A DNA stretch of 20,137 nucleotides from Sulfurimonadaceae bacterium (GCA_041562555.1 JBFEXS010000029.1:1-20137), one strand, 5' to 3'; numbered from the stretch's first letter, positions 6,229-16,297 are shown. A program made the numbers and translations. Notes: generated by a model not told the origin, from the sequence alone.

Positions 6229-6867
6229 ATGCACGAGAGCACGCTCCTGTATATCGAAGATGATCAAAAACGACGCCTCCATTATCGGTTCACTCCGGCG
6301 CTGTATGCTTCGAACTTTGTACCCTTGATCGTCATCTTGCATGGAGAAGACCGGGATGAAGCCTTGCATTTTGGCTATAAGATGTGGAATGTTCTCACTC
6401 CTGTATCGGATAAAGAGGGTGTGTTGACGTGGTATGGAGACAAGGATGAGGGGTATATCAAAGCACTGTTGCAAAGCTTGATAGAACAGATTGCTGATGA
6501 GTATGAGTGTGAAGAGGATATCTACCTGTATGGAAACGGTCTGGGCGGACGTGCTGCGATAGAGCAGGGGATCCTGTGCAGGGCCAATGCCGTCTTTGCC
6601 AGTTCATCTGGTATTTCTTTGGAGAACACAGAGTGTGGGCAAGAAGAACTGACCGGCTTGTTAGAGAAGGGAAAACATCATCCTATCTTCTATCTTTGTG
6701 ATGACGGGAAGGGACAAGACAGCAAGGAGTTTGTACAGACCTGTAAGGTTCAGGGTATACGAGTCCACACAGATTTTTGTCCCGAGGTTTCAGAAGAGAA
6801 GGGCCATCGACTGAAGAAGGTCCTGGACATGTATGAACATGTCCCTCCCGCATATACCCCTCAATAA
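6229..6867 (+). CDS. Alpha/beta-hydrolase-fold protein lacking the nucleophile Ser
   Basis: PLIVILHG and IYLYGNGLGGRAA, where the GxSxGG position holds Gly. Confidence 0.65.
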   Translation: MHESTLLYIEDDQKRRLHYRFTPALYASNFVPLIVILHGEDRDEALHFGYKMWNVLTPVSDKEGVLTWYGDKDEGYIKALLQSLIEQIADEYECEEDIYLYGNGLGGRAAIEQGILCRANAVFASSSGISLENTECGQEELTGLLEKGKHHPIFYLCDDGKGQDSKEFVQTCKVQGIRVHTDFCPEVSEEKGHRLKKVLDMYEHVPPAYTPQ

Positions 6868-6935
6868 GCGGATTAATAGAACTTATCATAAAAATTGTGT
6901 ACAATAGTAGACATTCAAGGATAAAGGAGAAGTAG

Positions 6936-9296
6936 TTGTTGTTAAGATCCATACTTCTTCTCTGTTGTGCAGCTGTCTTTTCTACACTTTTTGCCTTGAC
7001 CCTGACCATCAACTCCGGTCGCGAAGGGAATGAACCCTATTCTGTTATGCATATCAAGGAATCGTTCGCGTTTGCCTGTGCGAGTCAGACAGATGACTTC
7101 GATGAGGTAAGTCAGATACAGTGCCTCCTTCCCAGAGAACCTAAAGAGAACTTCGAGAAGATGAAGACGCATTTTTTCAAAGTGGACTCCTTTAGCAAGA
7201 ATGGTAAATATTACATCCGTATTCTCCCGCAGGCAAAGATGAAGGCCTTACCGATCGCGCACCGACTTTTTGAAAAGAGCAAAATATATCATTTTAAAGA
7301 GCATACGCTCTCCAGACATTGGATGATCATCGGGTATAAACAAAACCTTCCGCTGATCACCCTGGATGAGACGCCCTCACAGGGGATAAACTTTCCTGTG
7401 GAGATGAACGAAGTCGCTTTACCGTCCGTGGGAGCATTGGATATATCGGGTAAACCGATCCGTCTGGACCAGGTGCCCGATGTCTCCGACTACATGCGTA
7501 TCAAGTCTGCCTATGCAGCGGGTAATTATGATCATTTGGCGAGTGATGTCGATGCGCTTTTAAAACGTTATCCTGACACGATCTTCAAAGCGGAACTGCT
7601 GTTGTACAAGATGCGTGGTCAGCACAAGCTGAATGAGAACGAGGAGCTTTTAAAAGTCTCCAAAGAGTTTATTCGTGAATACTCCGATGACGAGAACATG
7701 GCAGAGGTTCTGGCCTACACGGCAAATGCCTACTCTTCTGTCGGTCTGCAGGCAGACGGAGCCTATTTTTATGAACGATTGTTCAAGGAGTTCCCGGATT
7801 CCAAGTTTGCTGCTTTAGGAATGGTCTTTTTAGGGGATCAGTATATGGGCAGCGGCAAGACCAGGATGTCGACCAACTATTTCGAAAGAGCTCTGTATGC
7901 TACCCAGGATGTGGAGGTCGCCTCGATGGCGGCGATCCGTCTGGCAAAGATCAATCTGGACAAGGGTGAACTGGATAAGGCAGCCGAGCTGTACGAGAAG
8001 ATCATTGAGGGAAATGGAAAATATCTTCTGTATGACATCACGGAGAACTATGACAGGGCGCGTGCCTTTGCGAACAGGGGTAAACAGAAGACAGCGGCTG
8101 CGATCCTGGGGGCGATCACGGACAACCTTTCCCACGGGGATGACCGTTATGAGGCAATGATCAAGGATATCGGGATATGGTTAAGCGAGACGGAGGATAA
8201 AGCTGCCGCATACAAAGCGCTTAAGCGATATCAGGATAAATACGGTGACAGTGACTATTCGGAAGAGGTCCAGGTAGCACTGGACTCACTCTTTTATACA
8301 CCTGCGGATGCGAACAAGAGTGCCCTTCTGGCAGAGTACGAGAACCTTGAAAGCAAGTATGCGAATCAAGAGATCGGGCAGAAAGCGGCTCTGGAGAAGG
8401 CGCGTCTGTATTATAAAGACAAACAGTACCAGTCTGTTTTGGACATGGAAGGAAGCGGTGTTGAAAAGGAAGTCGGGTATTTCGAGTTGGAACATGACTC
8501 CGCCAATGCCCTGGCCTTGATCAAACTGGATAAAGGAGACTGTGCCGACGCGATCAATCTGGCACAGGAATACAATCTGAGTATTGCTAAAAAGTTTGAT
8601 GAGAAGCTGTACAGCTGTGCTTTTGAGACAGGCAGATATGAGCTGGCAAACCAAACGGCACAGAAGCACCTGAAAGATAAGCAGAAGCGACTGCTGTGGC
8701 TCTATAATTATGCAAAGACGCTGAGTAAAAAAGGGGAGTACAAAGAGCTCATCGAAGTGACTGACGATGTGATCACCCTGGCAGATATTGAAAACAGCAA
8801 GGCCTATGATGACATCCTGGAGGAGAAGTTTTATGCCTATAGACGCCTAGGCGATACACAGGGAATGATCCAAACGGCAAAAGAGATCGAAAAGCGTCAC
8901 GGGATCAGATATGAAGAGATCGAGATCTATGTGGAGATGATCAAACTTGGTCTCAAGCAAAAGGATGACGTGATCATTCAGACCTATAGTGTCAAGGTGA
9001 TGGAACTTCAAGAGAAGAGCAAAAGTTATTCGCAAACACCATTCGTCGAATTTTCCGCTTTGCAGGTGTACAAAAACCAAAATGACATCAAAGCGCAGAA
9101 AGCTCTGCTTGATAGGCTTGTGAAACATGATCTGAACGAGAAGGACCGTTCACGTGTTCAGTATATGTTGGGTTCACTTTTGATGAAAGAGGGAAAAAAC
9201 GCAGAAGCTAAAACTGCTTTTGAAGCAAGTATAAACTCCGATGATTCGAGTGCGTGGGCCGGTCTGTCTAAAGATGCATTGGAACTGTTGAAATAG
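6936..9296 (+). CDS. pflA: Periplasmic tetratricopeptide-repeat protein, paralysed-flagella protein PflA-like
   Basis: Signal peptide, a beta-rich N-domain (LTINSGRE...PYSVMHI; PSVGALDISGKP) and many TPRs. The 786-aa length is similar to Campylobacter PflA. SD AAGGAG precedes the TTG. Confidence 0.75.
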   Translation: MLLRSILLLCCAAVFSTLFALTLTINSGREGNEPYSVMHIKESFAFACASQTDDFDEVSQIQCLLPREPKENFEKMKTHFFKVDSFSKNGKYYIRILPQAKMKALPIAHRLFEKSKIYHFKEHTLSRHWMIIGYKQNLPLITLDETPSQGINFPVEMNEVALPSVGALDISGKPIRLDQVPDVSDYMRIKSAYAAGNYDHLASDVDALLKRYPDTIFKAELLLYKMRGQHKLNENEELLKVSKEFIREYSDDENMAEVLAYTANAYSSVGLQADGAYFYERLFKEFPDSKFAALGMVFLGDQYMGSGKTRMSTNYFERALYATQDVEVASMAAIRLAKINLDKGELDKAAELYEKIIEGNGKYLLYDITENYDRARAFANRGKQKTAAAILGAITDNLSHGDDRYEAMIKDIGIWLSETEDKAAAYKALKRYQDKYGDSDYSEEVQVALDSLFYTPADANKSALLAEYENLESKYANQEIGQKAALEKARLYYKDKQYQSVLDMEGSGVEKEVGYFELEHDSANALALIKLDKGDCADAINLAQEYNLSIAKKFDEKLYSCAFETGRYELANQTAQKHLKDKQKRLLWLYNYAKTLSKKGEYKELIEVTDDVITLADIENSKAYDDILEEKFYAYRRLGDTQGMIQTAKEIEKRHGIRYEEIEIYVEMIKLGLKQKDDVIIQTYSVKVMELQEKSKSYSQTPFVEFSALQVYKNQNDIKAQKALLDRLVKHDLNEKDRSRVQYMLGSLLMKEGKNAEAKTAFEASINSDDSSAWAGLSKDALELLK

Positions 9297-9314
9297 TTCA
9301 GGCAGTGTAAAGTG

Positions 9315-9341
9315 TTTGGAGAAAGGACCTCTTTCTCCAAA
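9315..9341. terminator. Hairpin between convergent genes, probable bidirectional terminator
   Basis: TTTGGAGAAAG-GACCT-CTTTCTCCAAA forms a perfect 11-bp stem; the U-tracts are short. Confidence 0.6.
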
Positions 9342-9345
9342 GGGT

Positions 9346-9807
9346 CTACGGGTGTTCTTTGATCACTTCGAAAGCATCCAGCGGTTCTTCGAATGCGATA
9401 AACAGAATACAGTCATCTCCCTTGTGGCAGTATGCAGTATGGGGGCGTTTTGCCGGACCATAAGCGTACATCCCTGTTTTGATAAGCTCGGTTGTTTGGT
9501 TGTCATAGGTGACTTCCATATTTCCCGAGACAAGGATCATCCGCTCTGCGGAAGTATGCCAGTGATGAGGGATCTTGAAATCCCCGGGCACTTTAAAAAG
9601 CAGATCAAGATTCTTTTTCGCTGGGTCCCCATGTAATACAGAGATCTGGCATCCTTCCCCGATAAAGGCCGGACAAGGTCCCCATTGGACATTTTTGGCT
9701 TGCGGATCAATCACAAGCGCAGGTTCGTCGGCATATGCTGCTGAGAAGCCGGGGGCCAGTATAAGCAGCAATACGACCAGTATGGATCTAATAGGTAGAC
9801 GTAACAT
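9346..9807 (-). CDS. Secreted cupin-domain protein (DUF4437-like)
   Basis: Signal peptide and cupin metal motifs IPHHWHTSAE and GPAKRPH. SD AGGAGG. Confidence 0.85.
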   Translation of the reverse strand: MLRLPIRSILVVLLLILAPGFSAAYADEPALVIDPQAKNVQWGPCPAFIGEGCQISVLHGDPAKKNLDLLFKVPGDFKIPHHWHTSAERMILVSGNMEVTYDNQTTELIKTGMYAYGPAKRPHTAYCHKGDDCILFIAFEEPLDAFEVIKEHP

Positions 9808-10015
9808 AATCTCCTCCTTGTAGTGTGTTCATTGATACTAGTATAATATTTTCTTATGAAGTAAAAAGAGTGCTAAAGAGATTAGGGAAAAAAATTAAAC
9901 TGTTTACATACTTTTTCCGGACCCAACATAATAAAAAGCTTAACAATTTTACACCATGTATAGACTTTAAACTTGATAGGGTATAATTGCAAAATTATTT
10001 TTTTAGGAGAAGTTT

Positions 10016-10390
10016 ATGGGAATCCCTCAACCTTCGTTTTACATCTTTAAATGTCAGCAATCTGCACCTCCGGGTATGCCAAAACCATCATGTGTAAGAC
10101 CAGACAATCAAGATCTTTTTCAACATTTAGCGCAGACTTTGATGCAAAAAGGTATAATTGGTACAGTACAGCCGATTCAGACAGGTTGTCTTAACCGTTG
10201 TAACGTAGGACCGGTTATGCTAGTTGAGCCGGGTCACGTTATGTATACAGGTCTAGACAAAGAGAAGATCAATCGTATCATCGACGAGCACATCATTGGT
10301 GGAAACGTCGTTGAAGAGTATGTGATTGATAGCGAGTTATGGGATGCACCTATCACTCCGGCTGACATGCAGAAGCAAATGGGTCAGTAA
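10016..10390 (+). CDS. Thioredoxin-like [2Fe-2S] ferredoxin
   Basis: Four Cys (FKCQ...PSC...TGCLNRC), then GPVMLVEP and IIDEHIIGG. TATAAT at 9982-9987 and SD AGGAG. Confidence 0.9.
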   Translation: MGIPQPSFYIFKCQQSAPPGMPKPSCVRPDNQDLFQHLAQTLMQKGIIGTVQPIQTGCLNRCNVGPVMLVEPGHVMYTGLDKEKINRIIDEHIIGGNVVEEYVIDSELWDAPITPADMQKQMGQ

Positions 10391-10399
10391 GGACAGTTT

Positions 10400-10765
10400 A
10401 TGACAGTTGAAATGCTCTATAGTAAGATTCACCGTGCTACGGTAACTGACGCTAACCTAAATTACGTCGGTTCCATTACTATCGATGAAGAACTTCTTGA
10501 AGCATCCAAGATGCGTGTTGGACAAAAGGTCGAGATCTTGAACATCAATAACGGTGAACGTTTCTCGACTTATATCATTTTGGGCGAACGCGGTAAACGC
10601 GATATCTGCCTGAATGGAGCAGCCGCAAGAAAGGTACATAAGGGAGACAAGGTGATTATTGTCGCTTATGCAACCTATGATGAAAAAGAGCTTGAAACCT
10701 ATAAGCCGAAGGTTGTTATCCTGAATGATGATAACAACATTGATGAAATCCTAGACGAGATCTAA
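10400..10765 (+). CDS. panD: Aspartate 1-decarboxylase
   Basis: SKIHRATVT, the YVG/SITID autocleavage site, NGERFSTY and CLNGAAAR. Confidence 0.98.
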   Translation: MTVEMLYSKIHRATVTDANLNYVGSITIDEELLEASKMRVGQKVEILNINNGERFSTYIILGERGKRDICLNGAAARKVHKGDKVIIVAYATYDEKELETYKPKVVILNDDNNIDEILDEI

Positions 10766-10775
10766 AGGCGTTATT

Positions 10776-11096
10776 ATGTTTGGGAACATGGGCGATATGG
10801 GTAAGATACTCGAACAGGTTCAAGAACAGGCTAAAAAGATGGAAGCCGAGATGGAGTCCAAAGAGTACACGGCAAAAGCCGGTGGTGGACTTCTTGAGAT
10901 AAAGATGAGCGGCAAGGGAGAGGTGATCGACGTGAACATCGACGACTCTCTTCTTGAGGACAAAGAGTCCCTGCAAATATTGTTGATCTCCTGTATCAAT
11001 GATGTCAATCAGATGCTTGAAACCGATAAGAAAAACTCTGCGATGAGCATGTTTGGCGGTATGGGCGATCTCAGTAAAATGTTCGGCGGACAGTAA
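10776..11096 (+). CDS. ybaB: YbaB/EbfC nucleoid-associated protein
   Basis: AKAGGGLLEIKMSGKGEV and LQILLISCIND; the position next to panD and the PDZ gene matches Helicobacter/Campylobacter. Confidence 0.93.
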   Translation: MFGNMGDMGKILEQVQEQAKKMEAEMESKEYTAKAGGGLLEIKMSGKGEVIDVNIDDSLLEDKESLQILLISCINDVNQMLETDKKNSAMSMFGGMGDLSKMFGGQ

Positions 11097-12085
11097 TGGC
11101 ATTGCGCCATCTTATTCTCTTTATACTATTCACGTACACACTCCATGCAATTCCCCAAGACTATAAAGCGTGCCAACTGAAGTATCAGGTAAGTTCGATA
11201 AACATTGACAGAAGCAAAGGCTTTGCGATAGATAAGGATTATGTCCTTTTTTATTCCCCAACGGCACCCAAAGAGGGCTTGATCAAGCGTGATCCTTTTC
11301 TCGGGTTGAACCTTGTCAAATCTCCTAAACCTTTTAAACATCTTTTCAAATTTTATGCCAATCATCCAAAAAAATTGGCGTCTATCCTTCCGGAACAGGT
11401 CACGGAAGGAGATATCCGTACTCGACAGATCGGTTTAGAGCAGCTTGCACACTTCTCTAAGCCTACAGAACCCAATGCGTTGATTTCGGGTACGTGTTGC
11501 GGTATTGTCGGCTTGGGTACGTCATCAGGTATTATCGAGAAAGCGTATATACAGCATTTTTTAGAGAGTAAAAAAATCGTGTATGCCGATGCAGGCATCC
11601 GGGTTCAGGATAACAAGGGTGTCCGGGTGATAGCAGTGAATCCTTTTTTTGAATCCTCCCCCTTTTTACTGGATGATGTGATCCTCTCCATGGATAAAAC
11701 ACCGGTGACCAGCGCTTCGGAACTTTCAAAGAAGATACTTTTTTCAAGACCACAGAGCACGCATGCTTTTGCCATCGAACGTCAAGGGAAGCGCATGAAG
11801 GTCGAGGGGATCTTTAAAGAACGTCTGAGTGGCGGACTTATCCCGGAGAGTTTTTTTGAACTCTTCGGTGTGAGACTAGGGGAAGACCTGTCGGTCAAAG
11901 AGGGGAATGACAAGCTTGAGTTAAAAGTCGGGGATCAAGTACTCTCTGTAATGCGACAGGAGGTCAGGACTCTGCAAGAGCTCCGGGCTCTCCTCTCGTC
12001 ACAGAAGGGAAACGAGCATGCAAGTGTTGAACTGCTTATACGCAGAAACGGGTTTGATTTTTTCATCCATATCCCTAAGCCGTAA
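11096..12085 (+). CDS. Periplasmic PDZ-domain protein (Cj1643/HP0036-like)
   Basis: Signal peptide, RDPFLGLNLV, YADAGIRV...VNPFF and two PDZ-like segments. It lies in conserved synteny between ybaB and ispA. Confidence 0.8.
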   Translation: MALRHLILFILFTYTLHAIPQDYKACQLKYQVSSINIDRSKGFAIDKDYVLFYSPTAPKEGLIKRDPFLGLNLVKSPKPFKHLFKFYANHPKKLASILPEQVTEGDIRTRQIGLEQLAHFSKPTEPNALISGTCCGIVGLGTSSGIIEKAYIQHFLESKKIVYADAGIRVQDNKGVRVIAVNPFFESSPFLLDDVILSMDKTPVTSASELSKKILFSRPQSTHAFAIERQGKRMKVEGIFKERLSGGLIPESFFELFGVRLGEDLSVKEGNDKLELKVGDQVLSVMRQEVRTLQELRALLSSQKGNEHASVELLIRRNGFDFFIHIPKP

Positions 12086-12192
12086 CAGCAGACAGGCATT
12101 TTTTGTATTGGGTAAAAGCTTTTCCTGTCAATGTTTTTTCAGTAAATACTTTGTATAATTCCTCCATTAAAACACCACAGAAGTAGGCCGTA

Positions 12193-13059
12193 TTGACAGA
12201 TCTGATTAAAGAGGGTGAAGCCTTCGAAGCATATTTATCATCTCACCTTCCAAAGGCACCGAGTTTTCACCCCCATTATGAAGAAGCCCTGCATAAAATG
12301 CTCTTAGCGGGGGGTAAGCGCTTCAGACCGATGTTGCTTTTAGCAGTTGTCCGCGCGCACAACCCACTGTTGCTTGAGTCTGCCTATGCAGCCGCGTATG
12401 CCATCGAACTTCTACATACCTATTCATTGATCCATGACGACCTTCCGGCAATGGATGATGCGGATCTTCGTCGCGGGCATGAGACCCTGCATGTCACATA
12501 TGATGAAGTGACAGCTATCCTGGCGGGGGATGCTTTGAATACCTATGCTTTTGAGGTTCTCTCCAATGCGGCGTTCTCAGACGAGATCAGAGTCCGCTTG
12601 ATCCGTTCTTTGGCGAGCAATGGAGGTCTTGGGGGGATGGTGCTTGGACAGGCGATTGATTGTCACTTTGAAAACCAAAACCTCGCACTTGAACAGATCA
12701 AAGTCCTGCATATCAACAAGACAGCGAAACTTATTGCTGCTTCTTTGGAGATGGGTGCGATTATCTCCGGTCAGAAGGCCCTGGCACAAAAGCTGTATGA
12801 CTTCGGTATAAAACTCGGACTTTTATTTCAGGTACAAGATGACATATTGGATGTCACACAAAGTTCGGAAGAAGCCGGAAAGACGACACAAAACGACGGG
12901 GACAAGAACTCCTTCGTAACACTTTTGGATCTGGACGGAGCGATGAAAGAGGCGGATGAACTGGCACAAGACCTAAGTGAGCAACTTAAAGGTTTTGATG
13001 AAAAGCTTTATCAGGAACTTTCGCCTATAATTTCAAAATATTTAGTACGACATAAATAA
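12193..13059 (+). CDS. ispA: Geranyltranstransferase / farnesyl-diphosphate synthase
   Basis: GGKRFRP, HTYSLIHDDLPAMDDADLRRG, KTA and FQVQDDILD. The exact TTG start is uncertain; TATAAT at 12154-12159. Confidence 0.93.
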   Translation: MTDLIKEGEAFEAYLSSHLPKAPSFHPHYEEALHKMLLAGGKRFRPMLLLAVVRAHNPLLLESAYAAAYAIELLHTYSLIHDDLPAMDDADLRRGHETLHVTYDEVTAILAGDALNTYAFEVLSNAAFSDEIRVRLIRSLASNGGLGGMVLGQAIDCHFENQNLALEQIKVLHINKTAKLIAASLEMGAIISGQKALAQKLYDFGIKLGLLFQVQDDILDVTQSSEEAGKTTQNDGDKNSFVTLLDLDGAMKEADELAQDLSEQLKGFDEKLYQELSPIISKYLVRHK

Positions 13060-13063
13060 ATTG

Positions 13064-13083
13064 AAGCCCACTGGGGTGGGTTT
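13064..13083 (+). terminator. Hairpin between ispA and tkt (terminator or processing/stability stem)
   Basis: AAGCCCAC-TGGG-GTGGGTTT followed by the T-rich TGATTTATTT. Confidence 0.45.
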
Positions 13084-13114
13084 TGATTTATTTAAACTCA
13101 ATGAAGGATACCCT

Positions 13115-15019
13115 ATGCGTCAAAAGATGGCAGATAGTATTAGATTTTTAGCAGCAGACATGGTTCAAGCGGCCAATTCAGGTCACCCGGGTGCACCAAT
13201 GGGTCTGGCAGACATTGCCGTAGTCTTAAGTGAACACCTTTCACATAACCCAAAGAACCCGTCTTGGTTAAACCGTGACCGCCTTGTCTTTTCAGGGGGA
13301 CACGGTACGGGTCTGATCTATTCTCTGTATTACTTATGGGGATATGGTCTTGAACTTGATGACCTGAAGAACTTTCGTCAACTTGATTCAAAGACTCCGG
13401 GGCATCCTGAGTTTGGACATACGGAAGGTGTTGAGATCACAACCGGTCCGCTTGGACAGGGTATTGCCAATGCTGTCGGTTTTGCTATGGGTGCAAAGTT
13501 CGTAGGGGCGCAGACAAACTCTGAGACCGCGAAGGTGATCGATCATCACGTCTATTGTCTTTGTGGTGACGGTGACCTGGAAGAGGGTATCTCTTACGAA
13601 GCATGTTCGATTGCTGGACACAACAAGTTGGATAACCTTATTCTGATCTATGATTCAAACAATATCACGATCGAAGGGTCTACAGACCTATCGATCTCAG
13701 AGAATATCCATATGCGTTTTGAATCACAGGGCTGGGATGTTCAGGAGATCGACGGACATAATTTTGATGAGATCGATGCAGCGATTATCCGTGCAAAATC
13801 TTCAGACAAGCCGTCATTGATCATCGCGAATACAAAGATCGCCAAAGGTGCAGGTGAACTTGAAGGTTCTCACCACTCACACGGTGCACCGCTAGGTGAA
13901 GAGGTCATTGCAAAGGCGAAAGAAGCAGCCGGCTTCGATCCTGAGAAAAAGTTCTTCGTTGATGAAGATGTGATGGCACGATTCCGTTGTGCTATCGAGG
14001 CAGGTGACCTTGCAGAACGCGAATGGAACCATCGTCTTAAGGAACTGCCGTTGATGGAGCAAAACGAAGCCTTGGATGCGCTTTTAAACCCGGACTTTTC
14101 ACGTATTCAATGGCCGACATTTGATAAGGCCGAAGCGACTCGCGGGACCAATGGAAAGGTACTTAATGCCGTAGCAAAAGCGATCCCAGGGTTCTTGGGT
14201 GGATCTGCGGACCTGAGTCCATCGAACAAAACAGAAATGACAGACATGGGAGTCTTCCCTAAGGGTAAGAACATCTATTTCGGTATCCGTGAGCATGCCA
14301 TGGCATCTATTGTAAATGCAATGGCTTTATATGGTCCATTGATGCCTTTCTCAGCGACCTTCTTTGTCTTCTCAGATTACCTCAAACCTTCTGCCCGTAT
14401 AGCAGCACTGTCAGGTATCCAGCATTTCTTTATCTGGACACATGACAGTATCGGTGTAGGTGAAGACGGACCGACGCACCAGCCGATCGAGCACCTTTCT
14501 CAATTCAGAGCACTACCGAATTTTTATGTGTGGCGCCCGGCAGACGGTAATGAAAACGTGGAAGCATGGAAGACAGCTCTGGAGATGAAACGATCTCCTT
14601 CTGCTTTTGTATGTTCACGTCAAAACCTTCCAGTACTTCCGTCTGCAGTAGCGGGTGAAGCGGCTAAAGGCGGTTATCTGTTGGCTGAATCAGAAGCAGC
14701 GACCATCACGCTGATGGCTTCAGGCTCCGAGGTAGAAGTCGCATTGCAGACAAAAGAGCTGCTTGCAACTAAAGGGGTGAATGCCAATGTCGTCTCTGTT
14801 CCGTGTTTTGATCTGTTGATCGAGCAGGAGAAAGCATACCTTGAGAGTATTATCAAAACGGATAAGGTTGTCGCAATCGAGGCAGCCCGTGGTCTTGAAT
14901 GGTATAGATTTGCCGATGAGATCATCAATATGGACAGCTTTGGTGCTTCGGCGCCGGCAGCACAGCTTTTTGAAAAATTCGGCTTCAGTGCAGAAGCGAT
15001 TACAGCCAAACTATCTTAA
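13115..15019 (+). CDS. tkt: Transketolase
   Basis: ANSGHPGAPMG, TPGHPE, the GDGDLEEG ThDP motif, FGIREH and THDSIGVGEDGPTHQP. The true start is ATG 13115 with SD AAGGA. Confidence 0.98.
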   Translation: MRQKMADSIRFLAADMVQAANSGHPGAPMGLADIAVVLSEHLSHNPKNPSWLNRDRLVFSGGHGTGLIYSLYYLWGYGLELDDLKNFRQLDSKTPGHPEFGHTEGVEITTGPLGQGIANAVGFAMGAKFVGAQTNSETAKVIDHHVYCLCGDGDLEEGISYEACSIAGHNKLDNLILIYDSNNITIEGSTDLSISENIHMRFESQGWDVQEIDGHNFDEIDAAIIRAKSSDKPSLIIANTKIAKGAGELEGSHHSHGAPLGEEVIAKAKEAAGFDPEKKFFVDEDVMARFRCAIEAGDLAEREWNHRLKELPLMEQNEALDALLNPDFSRIQWPTFDKAEATRGTNGKVLNAVAKAIPGFLGGSADLSPSNKTEMTDMGVFPKGKNIYFGIREHAMASIVNAMALYGPLMPFSATFFVFSDYLKPSARIAALSGIQHFFIWTHDSIGVGEDGPTHQPIEHLSQFRALPNFYVWRPADGNENVEAWKTALEMKRSPSAFVCSRQNLPVLPSAVAGEAAKGGYLLAESEAATITLMASGSEVEVALQTKELLATKGVNANVVSVPCFDLLIEQEKAYLESIIKTDKVVAIEAARGLEWYRFADEIINMDSFGASAPAAQLFEKFGFSAEAITAKLS

Positions 15020-15025
15020 TTCTTC

Positions 15026-15060
15026 TCCTGCCGGTCCGGCAGGAACCACTTTCTTCTTTC
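15026..15060 (+). terminator. Rho-independent terminator candidate after tkt
   Basis: GC-rich stem TCCTGCCG-GTC-CGGCAGGA followed by a pyrimidine-rich tract. Confidence 0.6.
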
Positions 15061-15083
15061 TCTTATACATATCTATTGTAAGA

Positions 15084-15092
15084 TGCTATAAT
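15084..15092 (+). promoter_or_regulatory. Extended -10 TGcTATAAT of nhaA
   Basis: Perfect extended -10, 29 nt before the ATG. Confidence 0.6.
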
Positions 15093-15121
15093 CATTTTAC
15101 ATAATCAGTAACGGGAAAATT

Positions 15122-16297
15122 ATGAAGCAGGCTTTGAAACACTCTCTTATCAGCTTTTTCAAAATGGAATCGGCGGTAGGGATCCTATTGATCTTAGCGA
15201 CAATATTGGCGATGTTTATGGCGAATTCCTCACTTACGGATGCGTATGAGGAGATGATGAACACACCTGTAGTCGTCATGTTCGGGGATTTTTATATTGC
15301 CAAACCTCTGTTATTATGGATCAATGACGGTCTGATGGCACTGTTTTTCTTTATGGTAGGATTGGAGATCAAACGTGAAGTCGTAGAGGGCTCGTTGAGT
15401 GACCGTAGCAGGCTTGCCTTACCGGCTTTTGCTGCTTTAGGGGGGATGGTCGTACCTGCAGCTGTGTATAGTTTTTTTAATTGGGGAAATGAAGCCGCGA
15501 TGCAGGGATGGGCTATACCGATGGCAACGGATATCGCTTTTGCACTGGGAATATTGTCCCTTCTTGGAAAACGTGTCCCGATGCAGCTCAAGATCTTTTT
15601 ATTGGCACTGGCGATCATCGATGACCTAGGTGCTATCATCGTGATTGCTGTTTTTTATACTTCTCAGATGTCCTTTGTATCCCTGGGGATTGCCGTTGCC
15701 TTGATTCTAACGCTTATTATGATGAATCGTAATGGGGTCAATAATAATACTGCCTACATTCTAGTAGGAATCGTTTTATGGACGGCAGTGCTTAAGTCGG
15801 GAGTACACGCGACGTTGGCCGGAGTGATCTTGGGTCTGGCCATTCCCATCAAAGACAATGAGCACAGTTTCCACAAGTTGGAAGCTTCTTTACATGGACC
15901 GGTCAACTTTTTTATTTTGCCGCTTTTTGCCTTTGCCAATGCGGGTATCGGGTTCTCAAGTGTCAGTGCAAAAGATTTTACTGACAGTATGACGATGGGG
16001 ATCGGTTTGGGTCTGTTCCTGGGAAAACAGGTAGGTGTGGTCTTATTTACCTTTATTGCCCATAAGCTGCGCCTGGGGACTCTTCCGGAAGGTGTCAGTT
16101 GGGGTGCTGTCTATGGACTGGCGATTTTAAGCGGTATCGGTTTTACGATGAGTCTTTTTATCGGTTCCCTGGCTTTTGAATGCCATGAGGGTGCCTGTTT
16201 TAATCTTGTGGATTATCGTATGGGGATCTTGCTCGGTTCATTTGTGTCGGGGCTGTTTGGATATTTTATCCTTTCAAAACTGCTTCCCAAAGCTTAG
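15122..16297 (+). CDS. nhaA: Na+/H+ antiporter NhaA
   Basis: WINDGLMALFF, GLEIKRE, GWAIPMATDIAF, LAIIDDLGAI, KSGVHAT and GIGFTMSLFI. Confidence 0.97.
   Translation: MKQALKHSLISFFKMESAVGILLILATILAMFMANSSLTDAYEEMMNTPVVVMFGDFYIAKPLLLWINDGLMALFFFMVGLEIKREVVEGSLSDRSRLALPAFAALGGMVVPAAVYSFFNWGNEAAMQGWAIPMATDIAFALGILSLLGKRVPMQLKIFLLALAIIDDLGAIIVIAVFYTSQMSFVSLGIAVALILTLIMMNRNGVNNNTAYILVGIVLWTAVLKSGVHATLAGVILGLAIPIKDNEHSFHKLEASLHGPVNFFILPLFAFANAGIGFSSVSAKDFTDSMTMGIGLGLFLGKQVGVVLFTFIAHKLRLGTLPEGVSWGAVYGLAILSGIGFTMSLFIGSLAFECHEGACFNLVDYRMGILLGSFVSGLFGYFILSKLLPKA

Noticed and set aside
316..6900. Integron cassette array, suggested by many small unrelated ORFs and GTTAACA/GTTATAG words at about 366-385
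   Set aside because: The genes alternate strands, several spacers are under 15 nt, there are no repeated attC-like palindromes and there is no integrase.
6894..6905. Palindrome ATTGT-GT-ACAAT overlapping the pflA -10 box
   Set aside because: It is short and AT-rich, and half of it is the -10 hexamer itself, so it is likely chance.
9950..9990. Possible IscR/Rrf2 site upstream of the [2Fe-2S] ferredoxin (TATAGACTTTAAACTTGATA)
   Set aside because: The palindromy is too weak to support a call by eye.
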